Below, in pieces: positions 1 through 14,755 of a stretch of DNA of 64,000 nt; position 1 is the stretch's first letter; each line of letters begins with the position of its first letter. The translations under genes were made by a program, and so were the position numbers. The DNA comes from Rotaria socialis. Its lineage: Eukaryota. Below the pieces are notes generated by a model, which saw only the letters and a list, made by a program, of their open reading frames with translations, ran no database searches and was not told where the DNA came from. The stretch is taken from contig CAJNYD010000555.1 in assembly GCA_905331295.1 (NCBI GenBank), positions 1 through 64,000 on the forward strand, written 5' to 3'.

Positions 1-1801
1 TCGAATCTTCAATCTGCCGTTTCGTTCGCTCATAATTGTGCTTCCAAAATGACGAAAATGAAAGAAATTTATCAAGAGATAATTAAAGTGACGTCATCAA
101 CATATGTTATCCACTATAGTCTATTCATTTACAGCTGATCTAAGATAATGAATCATGGAGATAATTAATCGATCAAACGAAATCGATCCTTAAGAATGTA
201 TCGCTAAGTAAGAATGGAGTTTTCTCAGTGATGAATTTCATCATGTCGACATAAATAATATTCAAGATTTCTCTGAATCGTAGATTTTTCGTGAAGATCC
301 GATTCGAGCTTCGCATCGCATTTCGTATTCGAGTGAAACTTGAATACCATCTAGTTTAATTCAATTTTTTCTTTTGAGTAGTTCAATTCTTGATTTAGAC
401 AAAAGCAATCGATTAGAAGAGAATGATACTTCTTTTTAACAGATAGCTACTACAGACATTCATCATCATAATGAATAGAATAACTAGTTACTCAAGATAA
501 TGTGTCATGATTTGTTAATGTCCAGCTGTGATAAAGCGTATGACAAAAATGATTGTATTTTTGGCATCATCACTCATCAAGGACATATAATAAATGGTTT
601 CTCTTCTTTTGATTCAATATTATGATGGCAAGGTCACATATAATAACCAATGATAGTATTCAGTTAAATATTTACAACAATTGTTAGATTCTTCGAGCTG
701 TTAAGAATCGAAAAAATTAATTCAATGCATATCAGAGAAGAAATATGTTTTAATAGTACATAAAAAAAAGATGATGAAATCGATTGTGAAGTATGAAGTT
801 ATAAATAAAGCCATAGAATTAGAACTCAAATATTTTATCGGATATTTCAAAATGTTTGTTTTAATTCTATTAGAATATGACCTTTATATTTTATGTTGTT
901 GTTAATCGTGATGAGTTTTCATTTACAATAGAGATTTGTTGTTTGGACGGATTAGTTGACTCGTAAATATCTAACCTTTGTACGAAAGTTTATGTAGTAC
1001 TCTCTATTCTTTTATGTCTATTGGAAGTCTCTCACTTCAAAGTATAGTCAATCAGCATCGTTCATACAAATTTTCGAATGGACCCTTTTAAGAGAAATTT
1101 TTACTTATTCATTTTAAAAGTCGCTTTGTGGATCAGACTGTACATCAACTAGATCTCAATCTGATGATAACCTCTAGAACTTCCCAAGTGAGTTCTAAGC
1201 ATTTGATTTAAATTTTACTTCATTTCAAGATACACTAAGTGGTAAGTAAAATGTTCTTTGAACGAGAAAAAAATTAGAGGCTACTATCGTTCGTAAAATA
1301 GGAGCTATCTTTTAGGATAGAATATCTCTTGAGGGAACATTCTACTTATATCAGTATCATGTCAATAATTCTGTTGCTAAAGCCTAAAGGTCACATTGAC
1401 TGTGGAATTATAGACACTTTATTGAGGTCAGATTGATGCATTAACGAAGAAATTCATAGCGAATTTCCAATGTTTGCTCGTAAGACATGCCAGATCCATT
1501 GTATGGTATTTATTTCCTTACTGTTATATTTTCATAGATCTATAGTATACTAGAAGAGTTTACTTTTTAGAAAATTTAATCTTCTAAAATATGCGACATG
1601 TAAATTTTATTCCATCTACTGATCTGATAGCATCGATTGCATATAGATTACAAAATAGTAGTGTTGAATTTGGGTCTCGTCATGTTCTTGTGTTTTTATT
1701 CTCATAAAACCGGCAATATTGCAATTATATAAAATCATCCTATTTACATAAAAGAAAAGAAAAGAAAAATAAAAGCGATCAATATTTTGGTGCTGCTTGA
1801 G

Positions 1802-4800
1802 TTAACTAGTTGATGATGTTGACGGTTGTGAAGTTGAGAATGTCGGAAACAAAGAAGGTGTTGATTGACGGAGACGATGATTAGATGAAATAAATGAGGT
1901 CGGAAAAAGAACATTAGATGAAGAACTCAAACGATGATTTATTGATGCAGATAATGGTAAAGAAGAAGTTAGACTTCCATCTTCGCTTTCTTCATAATCA
2001 ATACGATTTGGATCTGTTGATATTGAATGTTTACGGTATAGAGTTTGTACCAGTCGCAAACGCATCACCTGCGGAAAGCAAAAGAAGATTTTTTTTTCAA
2101 TGAAATTTTCGATTGCAATTCATTATTGATATTTAGTAGGTATTATAACTAGCGATCAGCAAGCCTCACTCTGAATCATCAAAAGAATCTTCATCAATAG
2201 TATCACTTTTTGGCCATGATGCACTGGCATAAATGACACTCGCACGTCTTGTAGGCAATGAACTACTACGAATAAGGGGTGCACGCCTTAGCTGTAACAA
2301 AAAAACAAAAAATTAAACATCATGTAGCAGCAATTAAATTAGCTTTGTGTTCATAGGGACAACATCAACCTGACAAGGAAGAATTTAATGGTTTGAAAGA
2401 AAAATTTTCCTATGGATATAAATGAATAAGAAAATATCGATTGTATGCAATACGAACCTCGTCTTGAAGTTCAATAAGTTTTTCTTGAATATCTTTTTCA
2501 TCCATAATTTGGCCGCGAGTGATTAATTCTTGATTCTATATGAAAACAAATGCATAAGATAATAATTTTTGTATCAGATTTATTTACTGCAACTTCTAAT
2601 TCAGCTATTCTTTGACGTAAATCACCAATGGCTTGAGTACTTTCAACTTCTCGAATACGTAACATCATTGAATCTTCTTTTTTCTAAAAGAAAAGAATGT
2701 TTATTTAAAAGAAAAGAAAAATAATCTTGTACTTACTCTCATTTCTCTATCATACAATTGATTTTTAAATTCGTTCAATTGTGTACGTAATTCGTTCTCA
2801 CGTATCCGAGATTGTTCTAACTCGAGACGAACACGTTGCATTTCATCGTCTTGACGTTTTATTTGATTGTGTAAAACATGTTTTTGTGTATCGGAATCCA
2901 TTAATTTTTGTGAAAGAAGTTTATTATCAGAATCAAATTGAGCTTCACGCATTTTCAGTGACAATAATTCATGAGCAATTAAATCATAAGCATCATTATT
3001 AGGATTGGCTTCATTTAAATAATTTTTTTCACGTATAGTTTGACATGTACTACAATGAGCTTGCCATTCATGATTGAGATCAGCTATACGTTGACGAAGT
3101 TCATTTATACTAACTTGAGCTTCGGCATCGCGCATTTTAACAAGAATTAATTCATCTTGTAAAGCAGCGATTTCGACATGCGGTGTAGTTTGTAAATTAC
3201 GATTTTCCTATTGAAAAAAAGTGATTAGAGTGTATTGAAAGAAATTAAAATTTATTAAAAACTGTTTACTATTGTTAATCGATTAATTGTTTCGCGAAGA
3301 TTTTCTAATTCTTCTTTATCCTCGGATACGTTTGAAAAATCAGATGAATTTTCAGTCTTAGTCGACGATGTAGTTTTATCATTATTTTGATGAAGAATTT
3401 CGTCTAATTGCTTTTTGAGAGTATAATTTTCACGTTTTAATTGATAAGATTCTTCAGCATGTTGAGCATTCAATACCTGACCTTCAATTAAACGATTGGC
3501 TAACGTTGCACTTTCCTTTAGATAGAAAACGAAAAACTATGGATTAAATGCTTGTTTATAGAAGACATACTTTTTCTAAATTTTCAACGCGTTGTTTTAA
3601 TAGACGATTTTCATTTCTTAATCTCTAGAAGAAGAAAAGAAACGTGCCTGACCTACAGCAATGCACTAAATCAAGTATATTACATACACGTATTTCAATT
3701 TGTTCTTCTTGCTCTTCTTTACGAATAACGACGTATTCTTTTTCTAGTCTAATAATTATAAAATAGAAAATTATAAATAATCAGATTTCTTTTTAATGTA
3801 GCCTTAGGTACTTTTTCATTTTCTTGCCATTATATTGCACAGAAAAAGCGCGTTGAAATAAAGTTTCATGGTCATGTTCATGTTTGACGGGCACTTCTTT
3901 TTGAAAATACTAAAGAGAAAGAATAATTTTATTTAGTAATAAAAAAAGAAAGAAGAGAAATCTCTAGTACTTGATTAGACTCTTTCGTAGCTCATGTACA
4001 TTATGGCAAGCTCATATGAATTCAAATTTCAGGGGCACAAACAAAAGAAACAAAAAGGTGCGAATGTATGTATACCATTGAATGATTCTTTCCACCCATT
4101 TAAAAATAAGCACGTTAGTACTGTGCAAATAAAACCTTTTCTTTCGTATTTCTAATAACCGCTTTTTTGGCTTTTTTTTCATTCGTTTTAATATACAATG
4201 AATAACTCACCGATGTGACAGCAGACATCGAATCCTGAACATTTTTAAACGTCTGCGAACATTGTTCGACTAGACGGTCTTGAACGGCGTGCAACCGACG
4301 ATCCATACATGTAAATTAATGTATATGACAATAGACAAGGTCTGATATGGATGGCAATTTCTTTCTCCTTTTCTCTCCTCCTATTTTTCTAGTGAGTTGC
4401 AAATGCCTTCACCCTCGTTTGGACAGAACAAAACGTACATGCAGACACAAATACACAATCATTAGCAGCAGCGATGGTGTCATTTTATATTCTCTCTCGT
4501 TTGCCTTCTCTTTTTTCTCTCCTTTTTCTCTCCTATTACTCCACAAAGTGAAGAATATATTACTGACAAGATCAAATACATATATCATATATATATAGAA
4601 TAGTATCGCAATGATTTGTATTCTTATAAAATTTTGCTGTTCCTTCGAGGCATTTCTTTTTTTATCCTTTTCATACTATCGGAAAATAAAAATATCACAA
4701 TGTGAATGGTGTAAAAATATAAGCACATACAATAATATGACAAGCAGCTGACGTAAAAAGCCTCACATTGACGCCACACTCCTTAGATTACGTGGCCAAC

Positions 4801-6535
4801 TAGGGCTCAGAATGAATAGCGATAGTTTATCGATTGATTATGACACCCTCGTAAACAATGTGTAATAGGTTAATATAATACCTACCTTTAGCATATCTTC
4901 CATTGATAAAAGCATTAATTCCTCTTGATGAATTTCAAGTAAAGCGATAGCCATACGAAAAATAATTTCTATGCCCTAATATGATTGAATATTATATATA
5001 TTTCTATGAACAACGTATTCAATAAATAATTACCTCATTCAAAAACAAATCCATCATATGAGCAGCAACATTAACAGTAAACTGAGTTGTAAATAATGTT
5101 AAAAACCAACTTGAAGCATAGACTGATGTATTGAAATTTTCAGCTTGTAAATGTCGATATAATTCAGGTAAAAACTCCTATTGATTAACAAGTTTTTGTT
5201 TTGCTTCATTAATAAATAATTATTAAAAAAAATGATAACATACTTGAACCATACATTCTAGTTGATATATACAAAGACCTAACGAATACATATCTGGTTT
5301 ATACATATCACGCATGGAAAAATCTTGCATAATAGATACAAGTACTGCAAAAGCCTCTTCTTCAGGCATCTATCAAAAGAACAAATATATAAATGTTCAC
5401 AAAGAATTTAAAAATCAAACTAACATGCATAAGTAATAGTCCAACAATAAAGCCAATGCCTTGACAATAGCCAACTTCTCGATCGAACAATGAATATGCC
5501 TAGACAGAATATCCATCGAAGTAAAGAAATTGTCTCAAAACAGATACAATACACGTTTTAAAATATTTTATTACATTAAAACTGATCAGCGAGCGATTCA
5601 TATTTACTATCATCATCAATTACGTAATAAAAGATCGATCGTTCTATTAGTAATTTTCAACAAAATAATAAATACTGATGTCTCAAGGACAAAAGAAAGT
5701 ATCAACTGAACTAGTAAATATTTTTTTTTTCTTTTTAAAATTTAGTCACTATTTTATTTATCTATCAAATGTATCAAACCTTAATCACATTGAATAATCT
5801 TTCTTGGCCAACACCATGTTTTTCTTTGAAAAGCTCATGTTCAGGATATGTTCGTGAAATATCTCTTCGAATAACTTTTTCACATGACGATGTCATTTTC
5901 ATATAATCAATATATTTTTCTTTAGCATTTGATGTCTCAACTTTAGCTAAACATTGCCAAACTAATGGCCGAAAATGTACGGGAACACCGGCTCGAATCA
6001 TATCCTAAAGAAAATGATCCTAGAAAATTTTCTTTTTATTTACATTAAAATCTTTACTTTAACCCATTGAGATTTTTTTCTACTATACGCTGACCAATTA
6101 TTAATTATTTTATTCCATAGAACCCATTCATTTTCAAGATTACCTAAACATATATGTATAGAACTTGTGTTATAGAGAAGAAAATGACCCAATTATTTTA
6201 TTATGATATACCATCACTGTCAGTAGTTAGATTGCTTAAATCGCTTGAAACTGAATCTTGCCGTAATTGTTTATGATGTAATTCAGGTGAACGTGAATTT
6301 ACTAGAGTAACCGGCACAGAATTAACAGGCGACTTTAAATCATATTCAATTCGTCTATATACGAAAAGAAGAAAGCGACAATATCAATAGAAATTTGAGT
6401 ATGATCAAATAAATGAAAAGAAAAATGTAACATAATCGTTATTTACCGATTTGCTTCTTCCAATCGTTTCAATAGTTCAACATCATCATCAGTCATGTCA
6501 GGTACATAAGGTTGTTGTGATGGAGATTGTGTCAT
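1802..6535 (-). CDS. EVI5: EVI5-like Rab GTPase-activating protein (TBC domain plus long coiled coil), multi-exon
   Basis: Spliced translation starts [30 protein letters not shown] (ATG 6535). TBC motifs: [51 protein letters not shown]. These are followed by coiled-coil exons ([38 protein letters not shown]...LQDE). Introns are canonical GT-AG. Confidence 0.9.
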
Positions 6536-7931
6536 TTTTCTTCTTTTTTTTTAGTCAACTGGACTCTATAGACAACACTGATGACAAATATATATATAGA
6601 ACAGAAAGAAATAACAAAAAAAAAGAAGAAATGGTCGAACAATACAACATATTTATACAAGCGAAAAGAGCGGAGGTTGAAGACGAGTAAGTGACATCAT
6701 TAATACTTTTTCTTTTTCTTCACTAACGAATAGATGACAAAACATCTTCAGATTCATATTATTTTAACTCTTTCTTTCAACTGACGAAATCAATTGAATC
6801 TCATGAACAAAATGTATAAACTATATACTTTTAGTCTTAAGATTATTTTTACTTTGTATTAGATGGTCACGCATCCTATTTATACTCCTTTGTTTCAAAC
6901 ATATATATTCCATTGTGTCTTACGAGAAAGAAAATGCAATGCAATTAAATAAATTATAAGTAAATAAATAAACACACTGTTGTTGTCTATGTTTATGATC
7001 GAAAGTTCAAAGAATGATATATATTTATGTTGACGATAAATATGATGTATAAACCTAATCGATATAAATAACTTAACAAGTAGATAGAAAAAAAAAAACT
7101 AACTGCAAAAAACGTCTACCTAAAATAGAAATCAACACGTGGATCTGTACGAGACATCCTTACCGTAATATTGATGATGACGGTTATATGACGGATAGCA
7201 GCATCGGCAAGAAGAAAGAAAAAAAGGTTTGCTTTTTTTGCACCTTTTCTTCTTTATTCTCTTTTTCTTCTATGCTTTTTTTACCTTGAAAAGTCCCATT
7301 AGATTGCCGTTCTTTCTCTTTTTCTCACGTGTGACGGTCGAACTAACGCACAAATTGTGACAATATTTTACATAGTTCTTGTTCTCACGCTCATCATATA
7401 AAAATTAAACAAAAACACAATACAAGTGATACTTATTTACATAGATAGCATTCTTGAACAACAACAAAAACAAACTTTCGCTAATACTATTTACTTGATA
7501 GTCATCGTTTTCGTTATTTTTTATTATAAGTAGAAAATAGAAAAAAAAACTATCGACCACTAGGGAAATCTACGATCAATCATTCGAATATTACACTTAC
7601 TAATTTGTATTTATCATGAGTTCGGAACCGACGAAAAGAATTACTCATTATGGCGTTAATAAAAATGACTCGAAAATCTTTTGTTAATTTCTTTTTGCAC
7701 ATTTGTCAATATTTATTTAGATCACTTTAAACATACTACTTTGTCTAAGTACATAAGCGAATGAAAATGATCTGAGAATAAAGCGAAATGACTCGCTATG
7801 TTATACTTAATCTCTGAATAATAGAAGAAGAAACGACTGATTTCTTGTTCTTGATACGATTAAAATTCAAACCCTTTAATTATTGATTATATTATTTAAA
7901 CAAATAGTTCTATAAAAGAAAAATATATTAT

Positions 7932-10285
7932 TCATGAAATTGTTTGTTCTTGGGATCGTGTCCAATAAATCAGACTAATCAGATTAGCTATCAATATCAA
8001 TGGAATAATAGGAAATTCAAAACCACAGCCATATGGTATACCATTTTTCGGTTCTTCAGGTAATGCAACACCTATACCACCATGATGAGCAGCTCGATCG
8101 AGTTGTAAATGATGTTCTCGAACATAACGGCGCGCATGAAATGCATGATATGCACATTTAACAGCTCGACGAATACCGCTGAAAGTGACGAGAACAATAA
8201 AAAAAGTCAATGTAAAAAGAAAAATCCTTTACTTTACACAACCAAATAATATAACACCTTGCAAGGTCAATTGAAGCGTAGTTAGTCGAACAAGTGGAAA
8301 TAAAAAGTAGAAAATCATACCGAAAAGTAGACCCTACAAGAAAAATCCTGAGTTGAACCGAGAAGATTTTTAAAAATTACATTTCAATGCGTATAACCAA
8401 TGAATATGCTAATCAAGTGTCAAAATGTAAACACGCAGATTATCTGCATTGAGAAGCTTTCTACTAGGTTAGCGAAACACTGATTGATAGTGAAACAGGA
8501 GTTACAGAATGTCTAGCGAACAGAATTCAGAATTCGGTGAATTTTTTAAATTCTGAATTCTACTTGCTAGCTTTTCTGCAGACCCTCTAGATAGCATAAA
8601 AGAAAAGCACATTGTGTAGAACACATTCGCATGTAAAAAAAACGGTACCGTACTTGTCCCTCCAGTAGCAGAGTTAACTGGCGAGATGATAACAAATGTT
8701 TGTATTGACGCTATCTTAGATAGAACACTGAATGGGCTCAAATATAATGGGTTAGAAGGCCACCATTTGTGAGATGTAAACGAGTTGACGTTCTTTTTCG
8801 TATGTTTCATCTGTCTATGATGTTCTCCATCTTGTTGGAGACATGAATTTTGATGACAAAATGGCAATAGTTTTTCGCGATACATTAGGCAAAATAATCA
8901 TTGATATTTTTTATCTCTCTCTGTCTCTCTCTGAATAATGGAATATTTCATTATCATACAGTGTTTCAATGTTAACGTTATGAAAAAGGAATCAAGATTC
9001 TATGAGTTATATGCATTGAGATATTCTTATAATCTAACCTGTAAGAATCCGACAACATCATAAACAAGACAATGTGAACGATGTTGACAGCATTGTTCCA
9101 ATGCTTTTATTTCTGTTGCATATTCTTCTGGTACACCTCGTTTCAATTTTTTCGATGGTTCTTTTCTACGAATTGATTCAAATAATTCTATATCAATAAA
9201 ATAATTTTCATATCGATACTAGGATTATTATATATTTTTTTCATTTACTAAACAATTCTTGATTAATTTCTGTTGCACATTCACCTTGCAAACCATGTCC
9301 AGCATTGTCAAGTTTAACAAGACGACAACCGAGTATCTATAATGTCAAATAATTAATATTCGAATCTTTACAATCAAAATACGAACTCGTCGAAGCATAT
9401 AAGAATTTGCTTCTCGTACAAGTAGATCTTCAGTACCAACCATAATCAAGCATTGAAATGGTGAATAACGAATTTTAAGTAGATCAGCATAACTAACATA
9501 ATGTCTGTAAACAGCCATTGTCTGTCCTATAAAACCAATAAGTGTTGGTTTAATACGTTTTCGAACTCGTTCAGCATGATAATCATACAATTCCTATAAT
9601 AATAATAAAAGATTTCATTTCAATGCATTCATCTTTTAACTTTTCGTTTTTCTGGATCGCCAAGTGCCCTTGTACCATACAGCATAGCCATAGCATTTTC
9701 AATTAATGAGTCTTCATCACTCAATAATATAGATCGTGCCATATGACGAATACCAGCAAATGGTGCTCGTCCAGCAAGACCACCAGCATGTGTAGCTAAA
9801 AGTGTTAATGAAAGAATTCTTTCTGGTGCTAGTAATGCTAATTCAAGTGCAGTCATTCCACCCATTGATATACCAACAACATGACATTGATGCCATTGTA
9901 AATGATCAATCAATGCAATGGTATCTTTTGCTATTTGTGTAGTAGAATAATGTAGTGTTAATGGAGAAGACGAACGATTAAATCCACGATTATCAAAGCT
10001 AACACACTATTAAAAAGAAAAGAAATAAACAATGAATAAGATGAGAGATTATTCATTTAGCTCTTATTACATACTTGATAATCGGGTTTTTCAGCAAAGA
10101 AATCAGCCTAAAAAGAACTCTGTTGAATAATGAGATAAATACTTTTTGTATCTCACTTGACGATACCAAGCTGCAGCATCAGCTAAGTATCCCATGATAA
10201 GTAATATTTTTATTTCACCTGAACCGTGTAATTCATAGTATAACTCTAGATTTTGATTTGAAGATGATAATTTTATGTAAGGCAT
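7932..10285 (-). CDS. Alpha/beta hydrolase with C-terminal hydrophobic (membrane) extension, multi-exon
   Basis: Motifs: LYYELHGSG, FDNRG, nucleophile elbow VVGISMGG, acid GTEDLLV, His NAGHGL. The exon ending ...VVGFLQ (donor 9038) joins in phase 0 to GLLFGMIFYFLFPLV (acceptor 8334), and the chain continues into ORF 7932-8210. Confidence 0.8.
8690..8885 (-). mobile_element. Degenerate Tc1/mariner transposase fragment inside the hydrolase intron
   Basis: Translation LQQDG...SFTSHKWWPSNPLYLSP resembles the FQQDGAPAH...WPxNSPDLNP catalytic region of Tc1/mariner DDE transposases. It lies within intron 8334-9038. Confidence 0.5.
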
Positions 10286-10958
10286 GTTTTATTCAATTAT
10301 ATAAACTTTGCCTTAAAAAATATCATATGAAAGTATTGTGTTCGATGCAATGAAGAAATTCTATTGGTCAACATGGATATCCATTGACATTTAGTGTCGA
10401 CGAGTATTCACCTCAAACAAACAATATACTATAGCGTTGTTGTACGTGACGTAAAAAACAATTGTTATAACACAATAAAGTATAAAAATACACTCTTATT
10501 ATGTTTGAGTATCATAAAACTTTAGTATTTTCTAGGAATAATTACACAGAGAGGTAGAATTAGAGGATCAAATCTTTTATGTGTATTCAGTTTCCAAATT
10601 TGAAAAAAACTCTTTCGATTAGTATATCAAATATTTGCTATGTTACTGTAAAAAAGATGTTTTAGTACACTTTCGACAGAAAATCGTATGGAGTATCACA
10701 AGTATGTGAATGTATCGTTGGTTATGTTCAGATGGATTAGAAACTCAATATGGCGATGTGTGAATCACAGCCTTTGATATAGAGGTCATTTGTAAGTTGA
10801 TAACTATGCACATCATTATAGATCGTGTTTTACCAAGATATTTATCACCTATTTTAAAGTACAGTGATCCTCATTATTTTCCTATTGAATTAAGAGACAT
10901 GTTATAAGAATATAAAGTCAATCAGGGCTTAATTAAAACACAACAGGATACAGACAAT

Positions 10959-11291
10959 TTATTTCATATTAAAGTTGAATAAAAGAAATGCAACTGCTGC
11001 CCATGTTTTTGGTACTCCACTCCTTTTGGCAATGACCATGGTGGAGGCATTGTGAATGGTGCCATCGTCGTCGACTTTACCAATCGTTGAATGTTGACTA
11101 TTGAGGACGGTTCCATTGCTTTCCACTTTACCAATAAAACTTCCTATTGAGTTTTGTATAGTCCCATCGTTTTCGATTCTGCCTATGACTCGAGACATTG
11201 AGTCTCGGACAATGCCATCCTTCTCAATTTTACCTACCATCACCGACAATGAATTTCGAATCGTTCCGTCATCATCAATACGACCAACCAT
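10959..11291 (-). CDS. Small intronless repeat protein resembling beta-flower fold proteins
   Basis: Five ~17-aa repeats (V/I)G(R/K)(I/V)xxDG(T/I)(I/V)xN/D, followed by a hydrophobic C-terminal helix WAAVAFLLF. Single 110-aa ORF. Confidence 0.7.
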   Translation of the reverse strand: MVGRIDDDGTIRNSLSVMVGKIEKDGIVRDSMSRVIGRIENDGTIQNSIGSFIGKVESNGTVLNSQHSTIGKVDDDGTIHNASTMVIAKRSGVPKTWAAVAFLLFNFNMK

Positions 11292-12362
11292 TTTTTCGAA
11301 TTCAGCTTATGAAATAGACGCCGATTCTGTTGAATGAAGAAAAAGTCAAGCGGAATGTCATCAAATTTGGCCTATTTCAATGTACTTTTCTTTTTCATTG
11401 TTTTTGTTTTCTTCTATCGAACGGGAAAAAAAAACTTTTTGTTTACTTATTCATATATGGTTGTGTTGCCATTGACTTCTAGTTTTGAGACAAACTATAT
11501 TCCCTTCATAGTGTGTCAATAAGAACAATATATGCTGTAAAAAAAAGTAATATAATCACTTGACTCTGAGGGAGTCCACACCGGCAACATCTCAACATAA
11601 TCGTATTTAGAAGAATGTGGAGACATATTATCAAATTGAAATGTAATTCAAGTAATAAAGATGGCAGAAATGCTACAATGCAATAAACGGATATTAGAGA
11701 ATCAATGCTGGCTGTGATTGTAAATAACTTGATGAATTCTAATATCACTGGTGAACCACATGCATATTACGCGTGAAGAAAACGAAGAGTATCAATTACT
11801 TCTTCATGGTATTATCGGACACTGTTAAATTATATCATTGGAAATTTTCTAGGATTTACTACACCGATGACTGAAGATCTATAATTATTTTCAGAAGTTA
11901 ATCAGAAGAGCAAATTAAGAAAGAGAATTTCTGCAAATGGCTGTGTTTTTCAAAACTCATCTAACATGAGAATTTGGCTGTTATTAGTGTAAGTTTTCGT
12001 TGTTGTTGAGTTCGGTGTTTTATTGGAAATCAGAAAACACAGGAACAAAACAATGGCAACAGAAACAAACTATATCAGAAGATGAGGAGAACAAAATACG
12101 CAATGGAACGAGATATAAATATACCTTTTCTATGTATATCTCTAGATCAAAATGTGTTTGTTCGACCTTGTGTGAGAACAGAAACAAAGGATGAGCACGA
12201 TAGATACACAAGATGAAAAAGAACATATATATTTATATATATCATGAACAATTAGTTACAAAAGAGTCGTGACCAATAATAAAGAAGAGACTTTTCCGAG
12301 TAGTGTCACTCAGATTAACAAGAAAAGTACGAAACTACTTTATTCTACTTATTAACGAAATA

Positions 12363-14755
12363 ATGAATCAAACCAATGATTTTTCATCAAATTCAAACAG
12401 GTAAACGTATCGAAATATTTGTCATGAAACTTGCCATTTAATAGCGCAGTATTTATTGGCTCATCAATCATCAGTGAAATATGTTACACTTTATTACTCA
12501 TCTGCAATCATATTTCGCTACAGAAAATTTGCTTTTTTGGTAAATGTCGTGTTGTCATTTTCTTCATTTCTTCCTCTTATCAGTCACTCGTTATCGAAGA
12601 AGAGAATAATAAAAATACGCATTTATTTTGCGTATTTTGTTCTTTTTTCAACAGTTGGAGAAAGCAAACGAAGCATATTTTATCATCCCACGCCATTCTT
12701 AGACGGTATTTATCGTAACGAAATCGCATACTTCAAGTAAGTAAGATATGAAATGTTTCCTCTGTTTATCAACATGAATGTAGAAGAAGTGTCTAAAAGA
12801 GCTTCTATGCATCAGCGACGGAATCATTTTTATCATGTACCTGTTCCAATGACAAAAACATTCATTGAAGATGTGACATGAGACAAACTATCATAAATTG
12901 TAACATAGATATACTGAGAACATGGAAGATCATCTGAAGTCTTGCAAATGATTTTTCGTGTTCTCCCATAAGCTACCTGTGTTCGCACAGATGATATAGT
13001 TTCGATTTCACACAGAATTTAATCGAATTTAAATTTATGTAATAGAACACTAAAATATTGCTTGGAATAGAATCTTTGTAGGCGGAGCAGTTATATTTTT
13101 TGCTGAAAATTTCTCTTTTTCACCATTAGCAAACTTTTACTGAAAACGTTTACATTATATGCTTGCTTTTTCTAATACTTGCTACCAAGACTGAATCAAT
13201 CAATGTGAAAATAAGTGCAATTTTTACATGTTTCTAGTCACAAGTGCCGAAGAAGATCATTTTGGCACGATAAAAAAGAAATTCAACATGGCAAATTTAT
13301 ATCAAAATATAGTAATTCAAAATAACTTCTTAAATTTCATTAATCAGTACTTTTGATAGGCAGGCAGTTTGGAAAAGCCAGTATCAAAACAGACTGTTGT
13401 AAGCGCTGTATGGCCTCCTATTGCAGCACAACAACGACAAACTTCGCCTGTTCATGATCGATTGAACACTCCTGTATCGCAGTTGCATGCGGTAACAACA
13501 CATCATACTCCATACGACAATATTTACAACAAAAATGTTATCAATGACAAAACACAAATAGCGGTAAGAAGTTCTAAAAATAGATATCTCGTCTTTTAGA
13601 AACTGTTTGATGTTTATTGAATCACAATATACTTTCAAGAGTTATCAGTGAAATTCTTTGACTGAAAGTCATAATTTGTAAAGAATAGCAATGCTTTAGT
13701 TTTAGAGTTGAGACATGAACCACGAGTTTGCATGTTAGATAAATCATATGTAAAAAAATGATTGCCAGTCTGATTATGTGCAACTTGTTTCTAAAAAATT
13801 CTATACAATTTATTTGCAGCCAAATGCTGATCTATCTGTGACGATTTGTTATAAATGCAAAAGTAGTATCGATAAAAATAGTCAACCGAAGCTCACATTT
13901 AACAATCGTTTTTATCATCAACAATGTTTCAAGTGTGGTAGTTGCCGAAAAAATTTGAGCGACTCCGAGAACAGCAAATTTTCAATCGACGATGATGGTG
14001 AACCTTTATGCGCATATTGCGGATTAATAACTGCAAAAGTTTGTACTGTCTGCGGAACCCGTATTGTCAATGGAGGAACCATCAATTTCGATAGGAAAAG
14101 TTATCACACCGATTGTTTTCGTTGTAGCCAATGCCATCGACCAGTAGCAGGTGAACAAAAAACGCTAACACACAATTCGAAACCTTGTTGTATTACATGC
14201 TTTAAAGATAATTTCGCACCACGTTGTTCAAAGTGTACCCAACCGATTGTTCTTGAGCCAGCGGTCACTTGCGATGGGAAGAAGTATCATTCAGATTGTT
14301 TTTCTTGTGGGCAATGCCACAAACCGGTAACCGATTCTGAATATTACACACATCTTGGAGAACCTTGTTGCGCAAAATGTTTCACTGAACGTATTGCTTT
14401 TCGATGCGCAGAATGTTTTCGAATAATTTCTGATGGAAAATCGATTACTTGTGATGGCAAACACTACCATTCTGAATGTTTACATTGTGGCCAATGCAAA
14501 AAGCCTCTGGCGACTGAAAAAGATTTATTCAAGCACAATGAAAAGCCGTGTTGTAGTCGATGCCACGAGGAACATTTTGCACCGCGATGTTCAAAATGTT
14601 CAAGACCCATTAAAGATATCAACTATTCGACGTACGAGAACCAAAGTTTTCATAGTGATTGTTTCACCTGTTGGAAGTGCCACCGTGTAATTCATAGCTC
14701 AGAGAAGTTTTGTACCGATCAAGCTGGATTTTTATGTTTAACCTGTGCCAAATGA
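12363..14755 (+). CDS. Five-LIM-domain zinc-finger protein; 5' exons tentative
   Basis: Exon 13820-14755 encodes five tandem CxxC...HxxCFxCxxC...CxxC LIM domains. The upstream exon ending 13563 (gtaaga donor) joins in phase 0. A candidate first coding exon starts at ATG 12363 (gtaaac donor); the intermediate splicing is uncertain. Confidence 0.8.
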
